DNA of 64,000 nt from Tubiluchus corallicola. Taxonomy: Eukaryota; Animalia; Priapulida. Under the pieces are notes generated by a model, which did no database searches, had not been told where the DNA came from, and worked only from the letters and a program-made list of their open reading frames with translations. The stretch covers positions 930,001 through 994,000 of the forward strand of contig JAQGDQ010000035.1 in NCBI GenBank assembly GCA_030141605.1, read 5' to 3'. Shown here piece after piece: positions 43,301 through 58,300 of this stretch. Position 1 is the stretch's first letter. Each line of letters opens with the position of its first letter. A program made the position numbers and the translations under genes.

Positions 43301-46300
43301 TTATGTCGAATCCTTACTTGCCAAGATCAAATAGATTAGCAGAAAATGAAGAGAAGATAGTAAACGCCTTTTGGTAAAATCAGCAGAAACTGGGGAATCA
43401 GCAGATTCTTATTTAGCGATGCTTGCTTACAGAGACAACCGTTAAACACGGTTAATCTCCAGTAGAGCTCATATTCGGTCGCAAACGTCGACCTCGTGTC
43501 CCAGAATGTAGAGAGGAGATATGTAAATCTAAAAATCCTTGTGCAGAAAGTACTAGAAAGGCAAAGATTTTCCTGAACTGCAGAAGGATCAGGTTGAACA
43601 CGTGAAGTAGCAGCATCAGTGAATGGGAAAGTGGCCTGAAAAGGCTAGTCGAGAAAGCGGTTGCTCCGCGATCATATGAAGTCGAACTGGAAACAGGATA
43701 AATCCTCCGCAGAAATAGACAGCATCCTTTACCAACCAAGGAAGTTTTTCGTCCAGATCCACACAACTTCAATATGCCTAAATGCCAAACACAAGTACCA
43801 ACGCAAAGTTATTCTCTTTTTTTCTTTTTCAATGAATCACTCGTCCAGGGACATGATTCTGCTCACCTCTTTATGCCAGGACTCCCTACACGCTGCAATG
43901 CCCCAAGTTGATTTATTTCTAAGGATCAATGCTGAAGTGTTTAAACCTTTCTGTACAAAATCTAAGTATGTTAACATTTGTCCTCCTGCAGGTTTTTTAG
44001 CTGGTTCTATGGCTTGTTGAAGAGCTATCTTCACTGGAAATAATGCAAAGTAATGTTTCACCTGACTCTGGTGCTGTTACGTTATATAGATATGACGTCA
44101 TGATCATGTGACTGCACTACAGCGGTTGGATTAAAATGAGGAAAGCTGATTTACTTCGTTAAACGTTTCTTTAGATTATGTTTGAGCACCATCCATAATC
44201 GCAACATGGTGTCAGAAGTTTTTATTGTGATAAAGTAAAGCATTATTTTGTGAACTTTCCTGTGTGTAAAAGCAGCAAGTAACGACACGAAAAACCTGCA
44301 TTTATATCGTGAATTTTGCCGACCCACGCAACGAGAATTACAATGACGTACAACGGCCCACAGAACAATGGAGACCAAGCAGCCGCAGCGGTAAACTACT
44401 TTGGCACCAACACTTCCACCGCCTGGACCTATTGACTTAAAGGTGATATAGTTAATAACTGGAAGTATTTTAGACGTTCTTGGGAAATCGCTATCGGACT
44501 AAATAAGCTGAACGAGCAGATATTGACCAGTCGTTAAACAAATTAGAGTCATACATAGATATGTTACTGTACAAATGATAAATAAGTTAATGTGTAAACA
44601 ATTTGAATTTATTTCTAAACAATTTCTGTGGAATATCAAAGTTAAATATTTGATTTCAAAGACTCAGTAAAGATTGATTTAACATTCAGTTTTGTTTAAA
44701 TTGAAATTGTACTGGCAGATTTTTGAGATAGCGATTACTTTTGAAAGTTAAATTTTGAAGTTATGCTAATTTGAACTTTTATAAAAAAAAGGGAGGATGT
44801 TACGATATATAGTATATGACGTCATGATCATATAACAGCACTACAACGGTTGGATTAAAATGTTGAAAGCTGATTTACTTTGTTAAGTGTTTCTTTAGAT
44901 TATGTTTTGAGCACCATCCATAATCGAACAGGTGCATTACAACAAGCACAACCTAAAGTTCGCTGAAACCACCTCGGAATCGCTATCCACCAAACACACT
45001 AATTCTGTAGTGCGTGCATTTGGACAAATTGAACATTAATTTGTACATTGTTTGAATATTATGTATCACCAAAGGTTGTGATTGTGTTATGTTTAACGCA
45101 TACTCAGTAATAGTTCATTTCAGTAATTCTTGACATTATTATTAGGTAGTTAAACGTATATCTAAAGTGGATTTAATTCTATACTTGCTAATTAGTTAAG
45201 AACTAGTTTTCATTTACACAAGTTAACATTCCAAAATGTTCTCTTGTGTGTGTTGGTAGTCACATTTGTGTTGAAAATTCCTAAAAGCTAGTTCACATTG
45301 ACTATCATAAAGACTAGTTGCACTGAAATGTTAATTGCGTTCACACTGTAATTGTTTGAGCTATACTTACCATTGGCTAATATTGAACAGCTCTTAGTTT
45401 AATTCTTTCTTGTTAAGAGTGAAGATCTACTGATACACAACTTTCGTCGTTGCGAATTATGTTTTATTCAAACTAGTTTATTTCATTAAAATAACAACAG
45501 AACATTGTTGAGTACATAATGGTAGATCTTCGTGTTGGATTTATCTTGTAGTAGACCTGACACTTGTGATTTAAAGACTTGTAATTAAAGACTAGTGATC
45601 TGGTCTATAATAGTGAAGTCTTAATAATAAATCCGAAAACAAATCAGATTTTACTGAAAGAAATAAACTCTTTCACTTCCAAAATTAACAAATGTAACTC
45701 TGAAGTATACGTTTAGAATTTTTTCCGTATTGTCTTGTAAAATTATGAAAGGATTCGATGTATCTCTTATGCAGCTAGCCAATACTCTTAGCAACAATAA
45801 ACTGTGTTGTATAATGTAATGTAATGTAAAATTTATTTATATAGCGCACTACGTCATTTAAAATCTCAGCACGCTGAACAATAAAATACATTTAAAATTC
45901 ACAGTGGCGGCTCGTGTAGAACGCGTGTTTTTACTCATTATGTTGGTGTTTGGTTGCTGTACGCATGCGGCCATGCGCACATGCCTGAGATAAGACGCTG
46001 TACTTTAGGTAGAAAGAGTACTGTCGCTCACTTGCTGTACGTGTTGTCAGTTGTCACGTACTTAAAAGCTGTGTATCAGCATATTCTTGAACTGCGACAA
46101 TTTAGGCTATTCGTAAGAAAACGATATTTTTTTGTTTAGAAGTTTATCAAGGTTATGTTTAAATTAGTTTGTTTGTTTAAAATTACAACATTATAATTAC
46201 GCATGTTTGTTTCGTTTTACACAGTATTAAAACAATGGCTAAAAAAAATTTTGCATTGAAAATTCATAAGAAACATCATCATCATAAAATTTAAATTTAA

Positions 46301-49291
46301 ACAAATTGTTTTAAGATGTTGTTTAAAACAATCTAATGAATTTGTAGAACGTACAGGTTAACGGATAAGTTATTCCAGAGATGCGGAGCATAGACAGAAA
46401 AAGCTTTTTCGCCATTGAATCCTGTATTAGGAATTGGCTGATGTAAATTAATTTGTTCACTAGCATTAGAACGAAGTGTTCGACCTATATAACGTCGTAT
46501 TAAAAGATCAGTATAGATGGCAGGACGTTTACTTTTAATCAAAGAAATAATTAAAAATATATGTAATTTTTAACTAATCGTCTTGTACTAAGTTAATATC
46601 TATGATTTTTTGTTATCAGTGTTTAATATTTATTTTACCTTTGCTACTAGTCTACTTATCTTTTTAATTGAACCACTAATGTTTCTATACATGTGTGTTT
46701 TAAAATAAACGATATTAGTAATAATAATAATAATAATATCTCTTGGGCTTTTTCGTAGTTTAAACGGCGTCTTAAACGAAAGCATTAAACCCGTATGCAG
46801 TTAAAGCAAGTCTTGCCTTGATGCAGAGAGTCTTGAAAGTTTATAGTGTTCGTTTGGTAACTACTGTACAGTTTGCTAACCTCCAGCCTTTCATGTCTAA
46901 TTAGAACTTCGAAGTCCCCAAACTTCATAACTTTGGTAAAAATGCAAAAAATATGATTTTTGTTACAAAAATGGCCACCTTGCTTGACAGTTTCAAAAAA
47001 AAAGAAATGCATATTGTTAACTGTCTTTACGTAAGCTCCACTTAACAGCCTTTAAAGCTATTCACATCAAGAAAGCAGGAATGTTTATTTTTCAGCACTA
47101 CTCTGCGCAGCTTGTGTGTACTGGTACCGTTGCTTGGACTGACATGGGTTTTTGGTTTGTTATTAATGGCAGACGGTAATCTCGCGTTCCAGTATATATT
47201 CGCCATACTAAACTCATTGCAGGTACTTATCCACGATTTTGTTTAATTTGTTGCGGTATTCCTACGAAAATATAACACATTACTTTTACCGTGCATAACA
47301 CACGGGTGTTATGAAGAATTGTCCTCATAGTGCGGCTGATAAGCCAAACAATTGTGCATTTAATGACTAAAGCACGAAAGTTTCTTATTGAATATATATT
47401 ATACGAAACTGCTGTACATAATGTTTCAAGAAAGGAAAACATGAAGAAATCACAACAAAATAAATTTTAGCCAGCCTGTGAGCTATTGCAACAGCCAAGT
47501 GTTCGATGTCAGTCAACGGTTGTGGTGCCATTAGTATGTGCACAAGGATGATCAAAACTGGTTAAAAATAGCTTGTCCAAAACTTATGTCACTATTTGTC
47601 TAGTACTAAAACTCAATATTTGGGGTCAAAAGGTTAAAGGTCAAGGTCACAAGTCGTTTTCAAGAAATCAATTTCCATATGCTTAATCAACTTATTTCCT
47701 CACGTCTCATACCTGTCGCAGGTCAAATATCAAAGTCACAGTCAAAGTTATTTGTAAATCAGTATTCAGATGATAATTCAACTCTGAATTGATAAACTGT
47801 AATCAAACTTCAAACATGTTTCAGTTATCACTCAAGGAATACCGCTTTTGATTGTTTGATTAAAAGGCTGTACAAATCGAACATTAATGGTGAAAATTTA
47901 TGTTATGTCTGTGAAAAAGTAAGGAAAAATAATAATTTGACAGCCTGAAAGTCCTTGCCTTTACCTAGTCACAGAGGCCAAGTCTAAAATGCCTCCACAT
48001 CTGAAAATGAACTTCATGGTCCGTCAAAACTCTGGAGAAAATTTCATGCTTTAGTCATTAAATGCGCAATTCTTTCAGTATATGACCTGAACCGACCCAC
48101 TATCAGAGTATTGCTCGTGAGGAATTCTGCCACCCAGCTAGAAGCTATGCGTCCTTTCCACGAACAATTTTGCCACTTAGTAGAAATGGGTCGTGCTCTC
48201 TTTTCGTGAAGCTTCCTCGCGAAAATTACATTGAAATTGGAACAACAATTAATGTATTTCATGCTATCTCTTGTCAAAGAAATAATTTTATTAAAACAAC
48301 CGTACTCCGAATGGGAATAAATAAATGAATAATTATTACTGCATATCCATGCGTTCATAACTGTGAAATGGTTAATGGTTAATATAAAATGAACTATTGG
48401 TGAAACCTGCAAATTTAAACGCAATTTATATAAAGTGTAATATGTAAAATTACTAAATTCTTGAGCTAACCGGATGTACGCAAAATAACCGCGTCCGTTC
48501 CTGTGTGAAATGATCTTCGTTGCTGCATCGGTTATCGCAAGAAAATCGAAAACTTTCCTAATTTTCCGAGTGCAACTTCCTCTGTATAGAATGGGTGTCT
48601 ACTGCATGTTGTTCTCATGGTATCTGTATGTTTTTTTTTCAAATGTAGTTTTCAAATTTATTTCGGTACTTTCCTAAACTGGTATTCAAGGTCATTATGT
48701 AACCAACAAATTACAAAATTTGTAATTACATCACAAATTTTACGTCATTAGGTAACGTTCAACGTGTAACATTTTTTTGCGTCACTATGAAGTAGGCTAA
48801 CATAGATTTTGCCATGATTTGTGGTTGAGTCTTGTCACGGCCAACTCTAATTTGCACATGGTCAATTTCTTTCTGTTCTAACTGTAGGTCAGAACCACTT
48901 GAGGTCTGGGAGGGCTAAAGCCTGAAATGACGAGGGTCTGGTTTGGCTAACCTGTGATCTGACCACAAAAAAATGAATGAAACCTTTGCTGTCTGATTTT
49001 GTGTGCCCTTTAGCTGTGCCTCGTTTTATATTCACCTTACGACAAATATGAAACTTAATTATAGGAGTAGATGAGAATAGATGCGAGTTGAGGGACCAAA
49101 GAAAGCATGAAATAAAGACAAGGTAAGCAGGCAGGCGTGTGACCTGTCTAACTGGTATCCATACGGATTTCGTGGGTTATCAAGGGTATCACTGAGTATT
49201 TAGAGTGCAAATAAGAAAGAATCAAATCAGCATGTATGTTTGATCGTCATTCACAACAGTCAGCTTATTCATATATATATATACATATGTG

Positions 49292-49323
<32 letters not shown>

Positions 49324-52300
49324 TGCGTGTGCATGTGTGTATTTTTTTCATTAAAATTGCTGAAAATTGAGAAATTCTTAATCTGAAGGACGAAAATGCT
49401 TCCAAATCATATGGATAAATAGGATTCCTACTGTGCTTGCTCTGACAAAGCAGAATTCCCGTTCCAAACGAAAAGAGGATACGTTTAGATCTAGTACAGA
49501 GTCTTGCTTTAGGCTATGTTATTAATACTTTTGCTTAGGCCCCATCATAAGAAGTTGAAATTTTGCACAGGCGTACAACAGACTACAAAGTAATGCGAAG
49601 GCCGTAAATAATCCTGAATGTTCCAAAACCGCCGCTCGTCACGAGTCACGACTTCATATATTTTCAAAGTTTCATTTTTCGAGTAAAATATTCTGTAAAA
49701 TGTCAAATACTCTGATTTTCAATTTTCTTTACGTTTAACGACGTTAATCTTGTTGCAAACTCTTCAGAAACTGAAAAATATTTGTGGGTCTGCACTAAAT
49801 TTTTGGAGAAACTGAGACGTCCAAGAAGAGCAATGTTTGATTGCTTTCACACTCTTGTGTAAATTGAGTATGAGCGAAGCTGCAATGCTGAGCATTAATG
49901 CCAGAAATATTTTGTGAAAAAGCAGACATGAAGGTGGTTCTTAAGATATTCATTCATTCTAGACTGAAATTTAAATCCGCCATTTCAGGAACATGCCTGG
50001 ATTAAAAGTGGTGCTTGCAGCAGAATCTTCTTGATTTACCCACGGTTTTTATAATTTTTTAATTTATTTGCACCTTTTTGTTTTTTAATAACTCGCACAC
50101 GCACTGGACTAGGTTTAGAAACTCCCAGTTTATAGGACACTCCCCAGGTAAAGGGATTTATGTTTTTGTGTAACTCATCACCGTCAGATCAAAGGTCACG
50201 GAGCAGGCTCGGCTTCTTTTTTTCGTTAGGCTAGATCTCTTCCTACAAGTTTCTGAGATAGGGTCGCAATTTTTGGTATGTGGCTAGGTGGGATCGAGTG
50301 GCTGAATATGAGCGATTTGTGTACGGGAAAATTTTTCGGGAGGGGCAAAATCGAGGGTGTCAGGCACATCAATCCTTCCTACGTAAGACTTAAACTTTTT
50401 AAAAGCCATGAATATTGCGTAAGCGTGCGTCTTTCTGTATAATTGGCCATTTATGCTGCGTGTTCGATAATGATTGTGACAAATAAGCAATGGATTTCAA
50501 AGTAGCGTTAGTATCAGTCTGCTATAGGACTGCCGAAATTGCAAAATTGCTGGCGTATGTATGTACTATCACGTTGCTTTCTTATCATATAGTGTAATCG
50601 TGATTTATATCTATAGATTATATAGATTGTATATTGATCTAACAGATTCGCTTTTTCTTTATTTGTTCGCTACAAGGTGATTTTATCACCTGGCTCCGAG
50701 GGCTTTAGTTAAGTCTATCAGGCAATGATATTGTCCTTCAAGACTGTCACTTCGACCTTGCATTGTGAGTGAAGGTCTTCTTCCCTCAAGCTATCGAGCG
50801 TCGCTCCCGCAATTGAGCGTATGTTAATTAATACACTGCGAATCTCTCAAGTTCGTATCTCGGATTTAGTGTTGCTTTACTTTGAACGCTCTTAAGCATA
50901 CATGAACTCGTTATTTAACGTGTCAAAGTGAATCGACTTTATTCATTTACAGAATTTACTCTATCTAGATTGCTGTACAAGATTTGCCCTTATATGCTTG
51001 TAGGCGTTTACAATTAATGTATAGCTCCAGAAAGATGCTCATGCAATTCACTTGGCAATTATTCAGTATGCTGCACTTAAGGTGCTTAATACAATGTGAA
51101 CTACAGTTATGCAGAGTTACTCTCAGATACAAATGCGTTAAGAACACTTAACTTGGTGGACTGACCACAATGCACCCAGTACACTTGGTCAACTCCAAAT
51201 GGTGTTATGAGACTCTCGTTGATCCAGTGCCCAGTCTATTGCTGAGAACGCAGAACTCTCCACGCTGGTGTCAAACGATGCTGTCTCAGATTCCCTGTCA
51301 GATTCTCCTCTCTGATGCGTGTGTGACTTCGTGTCGCACACTGGCGTGTCTCTCCCTCTGAATGACTGACTCACTAGCGCCTCGTGTTCCCAAACTCAGA
51401 GCTTATATCCTGAAGAGCTGACCTTGCGAAATTCGCGCCATACGGCAATCAGGGGACAGGTAACATCCCTGGATCCCTGGTATCCCCTGCCATGCGATTT
51501 ACGATCAGCAAGGTGGCCTTCGAATTCCTTTGCTCCGTGGGAAAGATCCCAGTCGTCGGCGACTTTTTAGAACTTCTCTTCCTCTGATGTCTTCGAGCGC
51601 CGGTAGAGGCTTTGGCGGTGGCCATAAAGTCATCTTCAAAAGACATTTGCCTATTGCCGACTTTTTATTAATTAAGTGCAACTCTGCATATGGCTATAAA
51701 GAATAATAATGTCCTCACTTAAACAGACACCTGTTTACCTTCAGCAAACGATAAAAAACACACCTGTGGAATAATTTGCTTCGCATTAAATCCGTGCTTA
51801 TCAGCTGAGTGAGTTTTTCTTATCAACCAATAAATTTATCTTTACAAATCAGGGAGGCATGAGATTTATCACCAAATTATTGATTTATAAATTTATTCAC
51901 GACAGTACCCTATAAGCTTGTTTTGGATCTGGGAATATAAGGATTGGTGCCTTAACCAATGCCGCATTTTTTAAATCACAAAAAGCTTGATTTCTTTCTT
52001 TGCAGCTTCTGCGTTAAACGACGGGTGCCTGTTATTTGCTTTTAAAGTTAAACTGTTAACTGTACTCATTTCGTCATTAACTGCATCTTGTTCTTTATTT
52101 AAAATACAAGACTGATTATGCAACGTTTCATTCATCACATTAAGTCTATTGGCGAAACATGATTATTGTCATTTGCAGTATTTTCATGAAAATTATTGCG
52201 CAATTATCATAGATTTCACCTGGTCCAATGCGTTTGATTGCTTAAATTGCGTCAGTCAGCGTATCAATTTCAGCTCTTAATAAACCCTGGTGTATTGAGT

Positions 52301-55300
52301 CATCGCGAATCTCCTATATAAAAGTAAAAACTAATGATTTTTGAACTTTAGGTAAATTTAGCTGATCTGCAGGTTGAGCGATTAGAGCTAATTTAAAAAT
52401 TCGACTTCCAAAAATCGTAATGATTCGTTTTGTTTCTGTTTGCCTAAACTCAATTGTATAAGTGACCACGTAATTTTAGTTGGGTCAGCATAAACTCACA
52501 ATAATAACTGTCATAATTCATCAGCTCTTTTGTTTTAAATGTGTGATTTAACCAAGCACAATTTATCGAAATATATATGCAAATGAGCACAGGTTATATC
52601 CAGAATTATGTATCCAAGTGAGCACAGGTTATATCCAAGCATAGAGTGTAATTTATCCAAGTACAAGTTATCCAAGCACAATTGTAAACACAATTTACAC
52701 AAACACAAGTGTGAGCATTATTTATCAAATTTACTTGAACGTTGCTTTAAGCGTTCCTGAGCGCAAGTTATATCCATATTGTTTGAGCATTGTTTCATGA
52801 GCGCTTCCATTTACATCCGAATTATTTAAGTGTTGTCTGTTTATATCTAAATTACTTGAGCATTGTTCTGAGCATGGATGTCTTTGCTGAATTAAAAAAA
52901 CGTTGAAAAAGTCGAGGAAGTGCGTAAAAGTTGTTCTTGCATTGAAATTAAAACGTAATCGACTGTTCTTGCGTTGTAATAAAATGTAATCACTGTTGAA
53001 CCACTTGTCTCATGTAACAAAAATCATAGACAGATGACGTTTGAAAAAGTTGCTCCACATGTCGAAATTGTGAGAATTTTTGAAAAATCACAGTGTTGCA
53101 AAAATCCAGAAAAAGTCTCTCTCCATGGTATTCAGCAAAATGTTAATGAAAAAGTCTTGTGGTTTATTGTTGTCTGTTGAAATAAATCAATGTCCTTGAA
53201 ATCTAAATGTAAGTATCGTGATCGTATTTACTTATTTATCATCATTTATTTTCGAACACGCATGTACAGTTACGTTACATAAGTGTTCAAATTAAAAAGA
53301 AATTAGTAGACTAGTCAGTGCAACAACAACAAAAAACAAGCACGGGTATTATTTACATGCAAGAGGACAGAACAATTAATTTAAAAATATACTACTTATT
53401 CTAACACTTCTCTTAATTGATACTTTGATAAAAATTCCTGTTTTCAACACAATTTATACAATCTTTTGCTAAGTTTATTGTCGCTAGCTGACTGGAACTT
53501 AACTCGCATCTTTTTACGAGATAGTACATGAAAATATCTAAATGCATCTTCTAGAATAAACCCATTCAATAATGGGTTTATTCTAGAAGATGCATTTAGA
53601 TATTTTCATGTACTATCTCGTAAATATACATTATACGACGTAAACTCAATAGTTTACGTCGTATAATGTATGTTTGGCTATAAAGTTGATTATCGAGTTA
53701 CTACTATTTTTACATGCTACATAGAATTTAAGAAACCGTTTAGTAAAGTGCTTACTCGGTTGAACGGTACCAGCAATATGGCGCAAAATGAAAGTGTGAG
53801 CTCTATACAGCAGTTTCCATAATTTACGGATAGCAAAATTCCAAGCGGTATCAATAAAATGTATTTTCTAATTATTTAACCTCCAACTCTGGCAGCCGTA
53901 ATATACTAGACAATACGTTTGAAGTAGTTTACATTTTATATCAGAACAAGCAAACGAAAAGTTGGCACTATTGGCATGGTAAATGAAAACGCCCCGTTTA
54001 CTAAGAATATCAGCATCAGCCATTAAATTACATGTAATTACGTGACCTAAATGAGTGGCTCTATCTGTCCTGGTTAAGGGCGCACTGTCCAGCAATACAA
54101 TTGGATAAGGTTTATTGAGTTCCCCTGGTTTGGAGAATTTAATACATTTACTTTTAATTTTGGTACATTGAACATTAACCAAATTAATATCAAATTTTTT
54201 GGCATACTCTCCACATATTGGAACCGTTCTTTGTAACGTCTTACACTCGGTGTCAATAGAGTTAAGTCGTCTGCGTAGCTTATGGATCCAACATAGGTAT
54301 TGCCGATCCTGCACCCATAACCTGATTCTTTTAACTTATTAACAAACCATCAATATATAGACCGAATAACGTCGGAAACAAAACTGTACCTTCTTTAACT
54401 CCGTTGGTGACAGTGAAGGCTTCCTAAGTCACGCCGTCCCATAAAACATTCATTGTTTGATCAGTATACAAATTTATAATCAATCGTAAGATAATAGGCG
54501 GAATATTTCTATTGAGCATAATATTGAATAGTTTGCAAAAATTTACTTTGTCGAAAGCCCTTGAGGCATCTAAAAAGCACTGTAAACACTATTATTATTG
54601 GCCATGTAATAAGCAACAGCTTCTTTTAGCACTGACGTACACGCTGTAGTAGACACATTAGGCTTAAACCCGATCTGTAGATCTTAGGTATACAAATCTG
54701 ATCACAATATTTACACAAAATTATCCAGTCTAAAATGTTCCCAAGGGAGAGGAGAGTGAAATACGCCTATGATTAGTAATACTAGATAAGTCGCCTCGCT
54801 TATCTTTTGGAATTGGTACAATATTGGCAAACAGAAAATGTTCAGGACAATTATCATGGTTTACACATGCATTGCATAATAAAGTCAAATGAACATAATA
54901 GCGAATCATGGCCATTAAGGGTACAATCAAAGTAAGAATCGTGCCTACCGTCATTTTTATTTGGCTCACTACGCACATCATCGACAATGAACGGGTTACT
55001 CATATTGATGCCATTATTTATGAGTTTATCATTGATGGCACTTATAATGTTATTTATACTTGTGACGTCATAGCCTGCGGTGTTATATAAATGATCAAAT
55101 TCATCAGCAAATCTTGAACAAATCTCATCTGGTGAAGTTAAATTTTCTACAGCATTTGCAACATTTTTTGCTTTTCCTTAAATTAAATCAAATTCTTTGA
55201 ATAGATTCCTATACCTATTGTTAGCAATATGGTCAGCCATTTTCTCTCTGCGAATATTGTTACAATTACGCCTTACGTTTTTGATTGCGTAGTGATAAGA

Positions 55301-58300
55301 AGCCCGAGTATGTCTCATTATATTTGCTATAACGCCATTTCTGGGACGATCGCATGAGACCCAAAGGTCATATCAAAAGATAACCTTACCTTTGGCTGGA
55401 TTTTCCACCCCAAAATGATATGACTTTGTTTCATGTCCCGCGTAAATGCTATACACCGGTTTGTAGCCCTAAGGCATGCATTTACAATTTCGTTACAATA
55501 CTGCTTTAACAACTCATTGTGACTTGTACAGGTCAAGCTTTGGTGCACAATTGACGTCAAACATATTGGTCTATCGCTCCGCCCCCGCTGCAACGTTAGC
55601 AGGCTCAGCAGCATTCGGGACAACAGCTCACGCAAGACAACTGTCTAAGCTAAACTAAACTAAACTAAACAACATGACAGTCACAACTAATGTCTAATCA
55701 GCAGATAAATTGATTGCTCTTTTTTATAAACACAAATTTGCGGAGCAGCAGCTGTTTTAGCACGAAATTAACATTTCAAGTAGCCAAAAATGACTTTTCA
55801 ATTTAAACAGAGTGTAGAGACGAAGTTTCAAAGCACTACAAAATACAGAGACACAAATATAATAAAGAAACTAAGCCAGTTAGCCTTGCTTTACAATAAA
55901 TGAACAAGAAAAATATTAAGTCTCTCTTGCCTTCAAACATACGAACATCAAGCCTGCGATGTATTTTCTATATTAATTAATCATGTGCTCGTCTGCAAGA
56001 TTTATTAAGTTTTTGTATTTTTCCGTTTGTCAAGCTACGGAAATGGAATAAATTTGACTGTTCCATTCCAATAGACGACCCTTATATTGAATGCCCGAGT
56101 CACATAAGTCCCAATGGCATCTTTTAACCTTGATTATAACTAGAAAAATAACGTAAATGTAGCTAATATTACAATGACCACATTAAAGTTTTGACCACAT
56201 TTGAATTAATTTTGACTGTGAAGATCTCATTGAGGTTTATAAAAACTGGCCAGAAAAGAAAACATTTTGTTTTGTCCTTATTTAAAGTTAATGAAATAGT
56301 TGTTTTTATCTAACCTTCATAGCCATAAACTAAACTAAACTGCGTATTTTCTTGCTTGCAAAATGGTTGAATCAGCAACTCATAGACGTAAGCATTGTGC
56401 ATTTCTTCCTATAAACGAAACTAGATTATATATAGTTCACTTGCAATTTCAATTGACAATAATAAAATTCGAACGGTAAGTAAACATTAATCAGAAGTGT
56501 AGTACAGCCGCGATTATAAATGTTATACCTTGAAAACGACCTTGCAATTTTAACTAAATGATTGATAGTTCTACGCCAAAATATAGCCAATCCACGGTAC
56601 GGGCGGCCGCTAATGATGTGTTTTGTACTATCGACTCCAGAAACAGAAGTGACAAAAAACTTACTGCTTAAGCTATAAAACACATCAAGCTGACATTCTA
56701 GTTTCCAATGTTCTTGTGACAGAATATAATCATTACTGGCCATTAATTCTTGAATGTAACACTGCTTATCTGAGTTAAAACTACGACTGTTGTATGATAC
56801 AAATGACAAAGTTATTATCAATGAAATTCCTAAAAACGGTGTCATTAGTAGTGTCTGCCACAGTTACTTTTGTTTGTTATATTCTTCACCCTCCAGTTTA
56901 TTCCTGTTCGTGAAGTATAATCTGCATCCGACGTCCTTCGGCCAAAATGCTGGCTGGAGTACAGCATCCATGTCTGATGCCAGTATGATGATTTTGTACG
57001 AGTCGAACCATGCATCCTCATGTGAGACTTTGGCCAAGGATAATACCACCACGTGTTGCTCTGATAGAATCTCTTTGACGTCTACGTCGTTTGTTCCTTT
57101 CTCCAGTCGGTACACGAATATGCTTCTTGCTCTTGGACCACCTTTGATGCCAAACATCAGATCAAACAATAGATTTATTGTAGCACATAAATATCAATTG
57201 TAATATTAACACTGAGCAGCAATCTTCTATGACGAGTGCAAATACATATAAGTTGAGCACAAGAGTCTAAACCGTAATCCTTCTCCCTGCAGCAGCATTC
57301 TATATATTTTATATATATATGCTTCAGTGAGTGTGTTATTTTTAGCTCATGACATCGGTTCTATTCTTAAAATGGTCTTCCTGACAGCAGAGAATCATCC
57401 TTTGCTGACTTATCACGTTGGTAACGGTCATCTGCTGACTTGCTGGTTAGTTGCCAATATCTATTTTTAGCCTATGACATCAGTTCTATCTTTGGAACTG
57501 TCTCCTACTGACTTTCTAGTCAGTGGTCAGCTTGACTGTTATGGTCAGTGCAACTGGTTGCTGATTGGCTGTATGGGCCAGGCTGTTTCCAAGAAATGAG
57601 GAAATGAGTACAGCAGGTCATTGCCCTTGCGTGTTTCTAAGAAGTGGATGCAGGTATTCACTGCTATTTTTAGGAAGTGAGCACAGCTGGTTACTGCTGT
57701 TTCCAGGGAAATGAACACAACAGGTCATCGCCTGTAACTGTTTCTAAGAACTGTATGCAGCTGATCATTGCTCTTTCCAGGATTAATTCCTTAAGGAAAT
57801 GGGCACAACGGTTAATTGCTCTGACGCAGCTGTTAATATTGATTCTAGAAAACGGGGTAGATGATGTCATTAACCATTAATTACAACGAGTGCGCTTAAA
57901 TTACAGCACAGTATAAGCACGAACTTAATGTTAAACAGTTTGTTGCGCTTATTGATTACATGACCCGCATAATTAATCAATATAAAATAATTCAATCTCA
58001 CTCTATTTCTTTATTATTTATTTATTTATTTACATTTCATTAATTACATTGAATACGTAGGCACGATTAAAGTTACGTAATTAAAATCAGTATTTATCGC
58101 ATGACTATTGCATTGATCTAGACATGATTTCGTACAAAGCTTTTGTGCTGTATCTTTTAATTACATGTAATTATTGTGATAGTTTTAGTAATCTTTTGTG
58201 CATTTTTGCTACATCTTTGGTTACTTAGGGTTGCGCCGTGCGTTTCATTTCCTTATTGTATGATTTTTGACTGTTTTAGCAACTGTATGAGGTTATTAGT

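Larger units (their letters stand above)
53240..57250 (-). mobile_element. Near full-length decayed RTE-X-like LINE
   Basis: ORF1 end 56864-57169 (SYKI..FWP); [30 protein letters not shown] (56426-56845); [25 protein letters not shown]; HLGHVI, YGCQSW; minus-strand AATAAA at ~53245. Confidence 0.88.
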
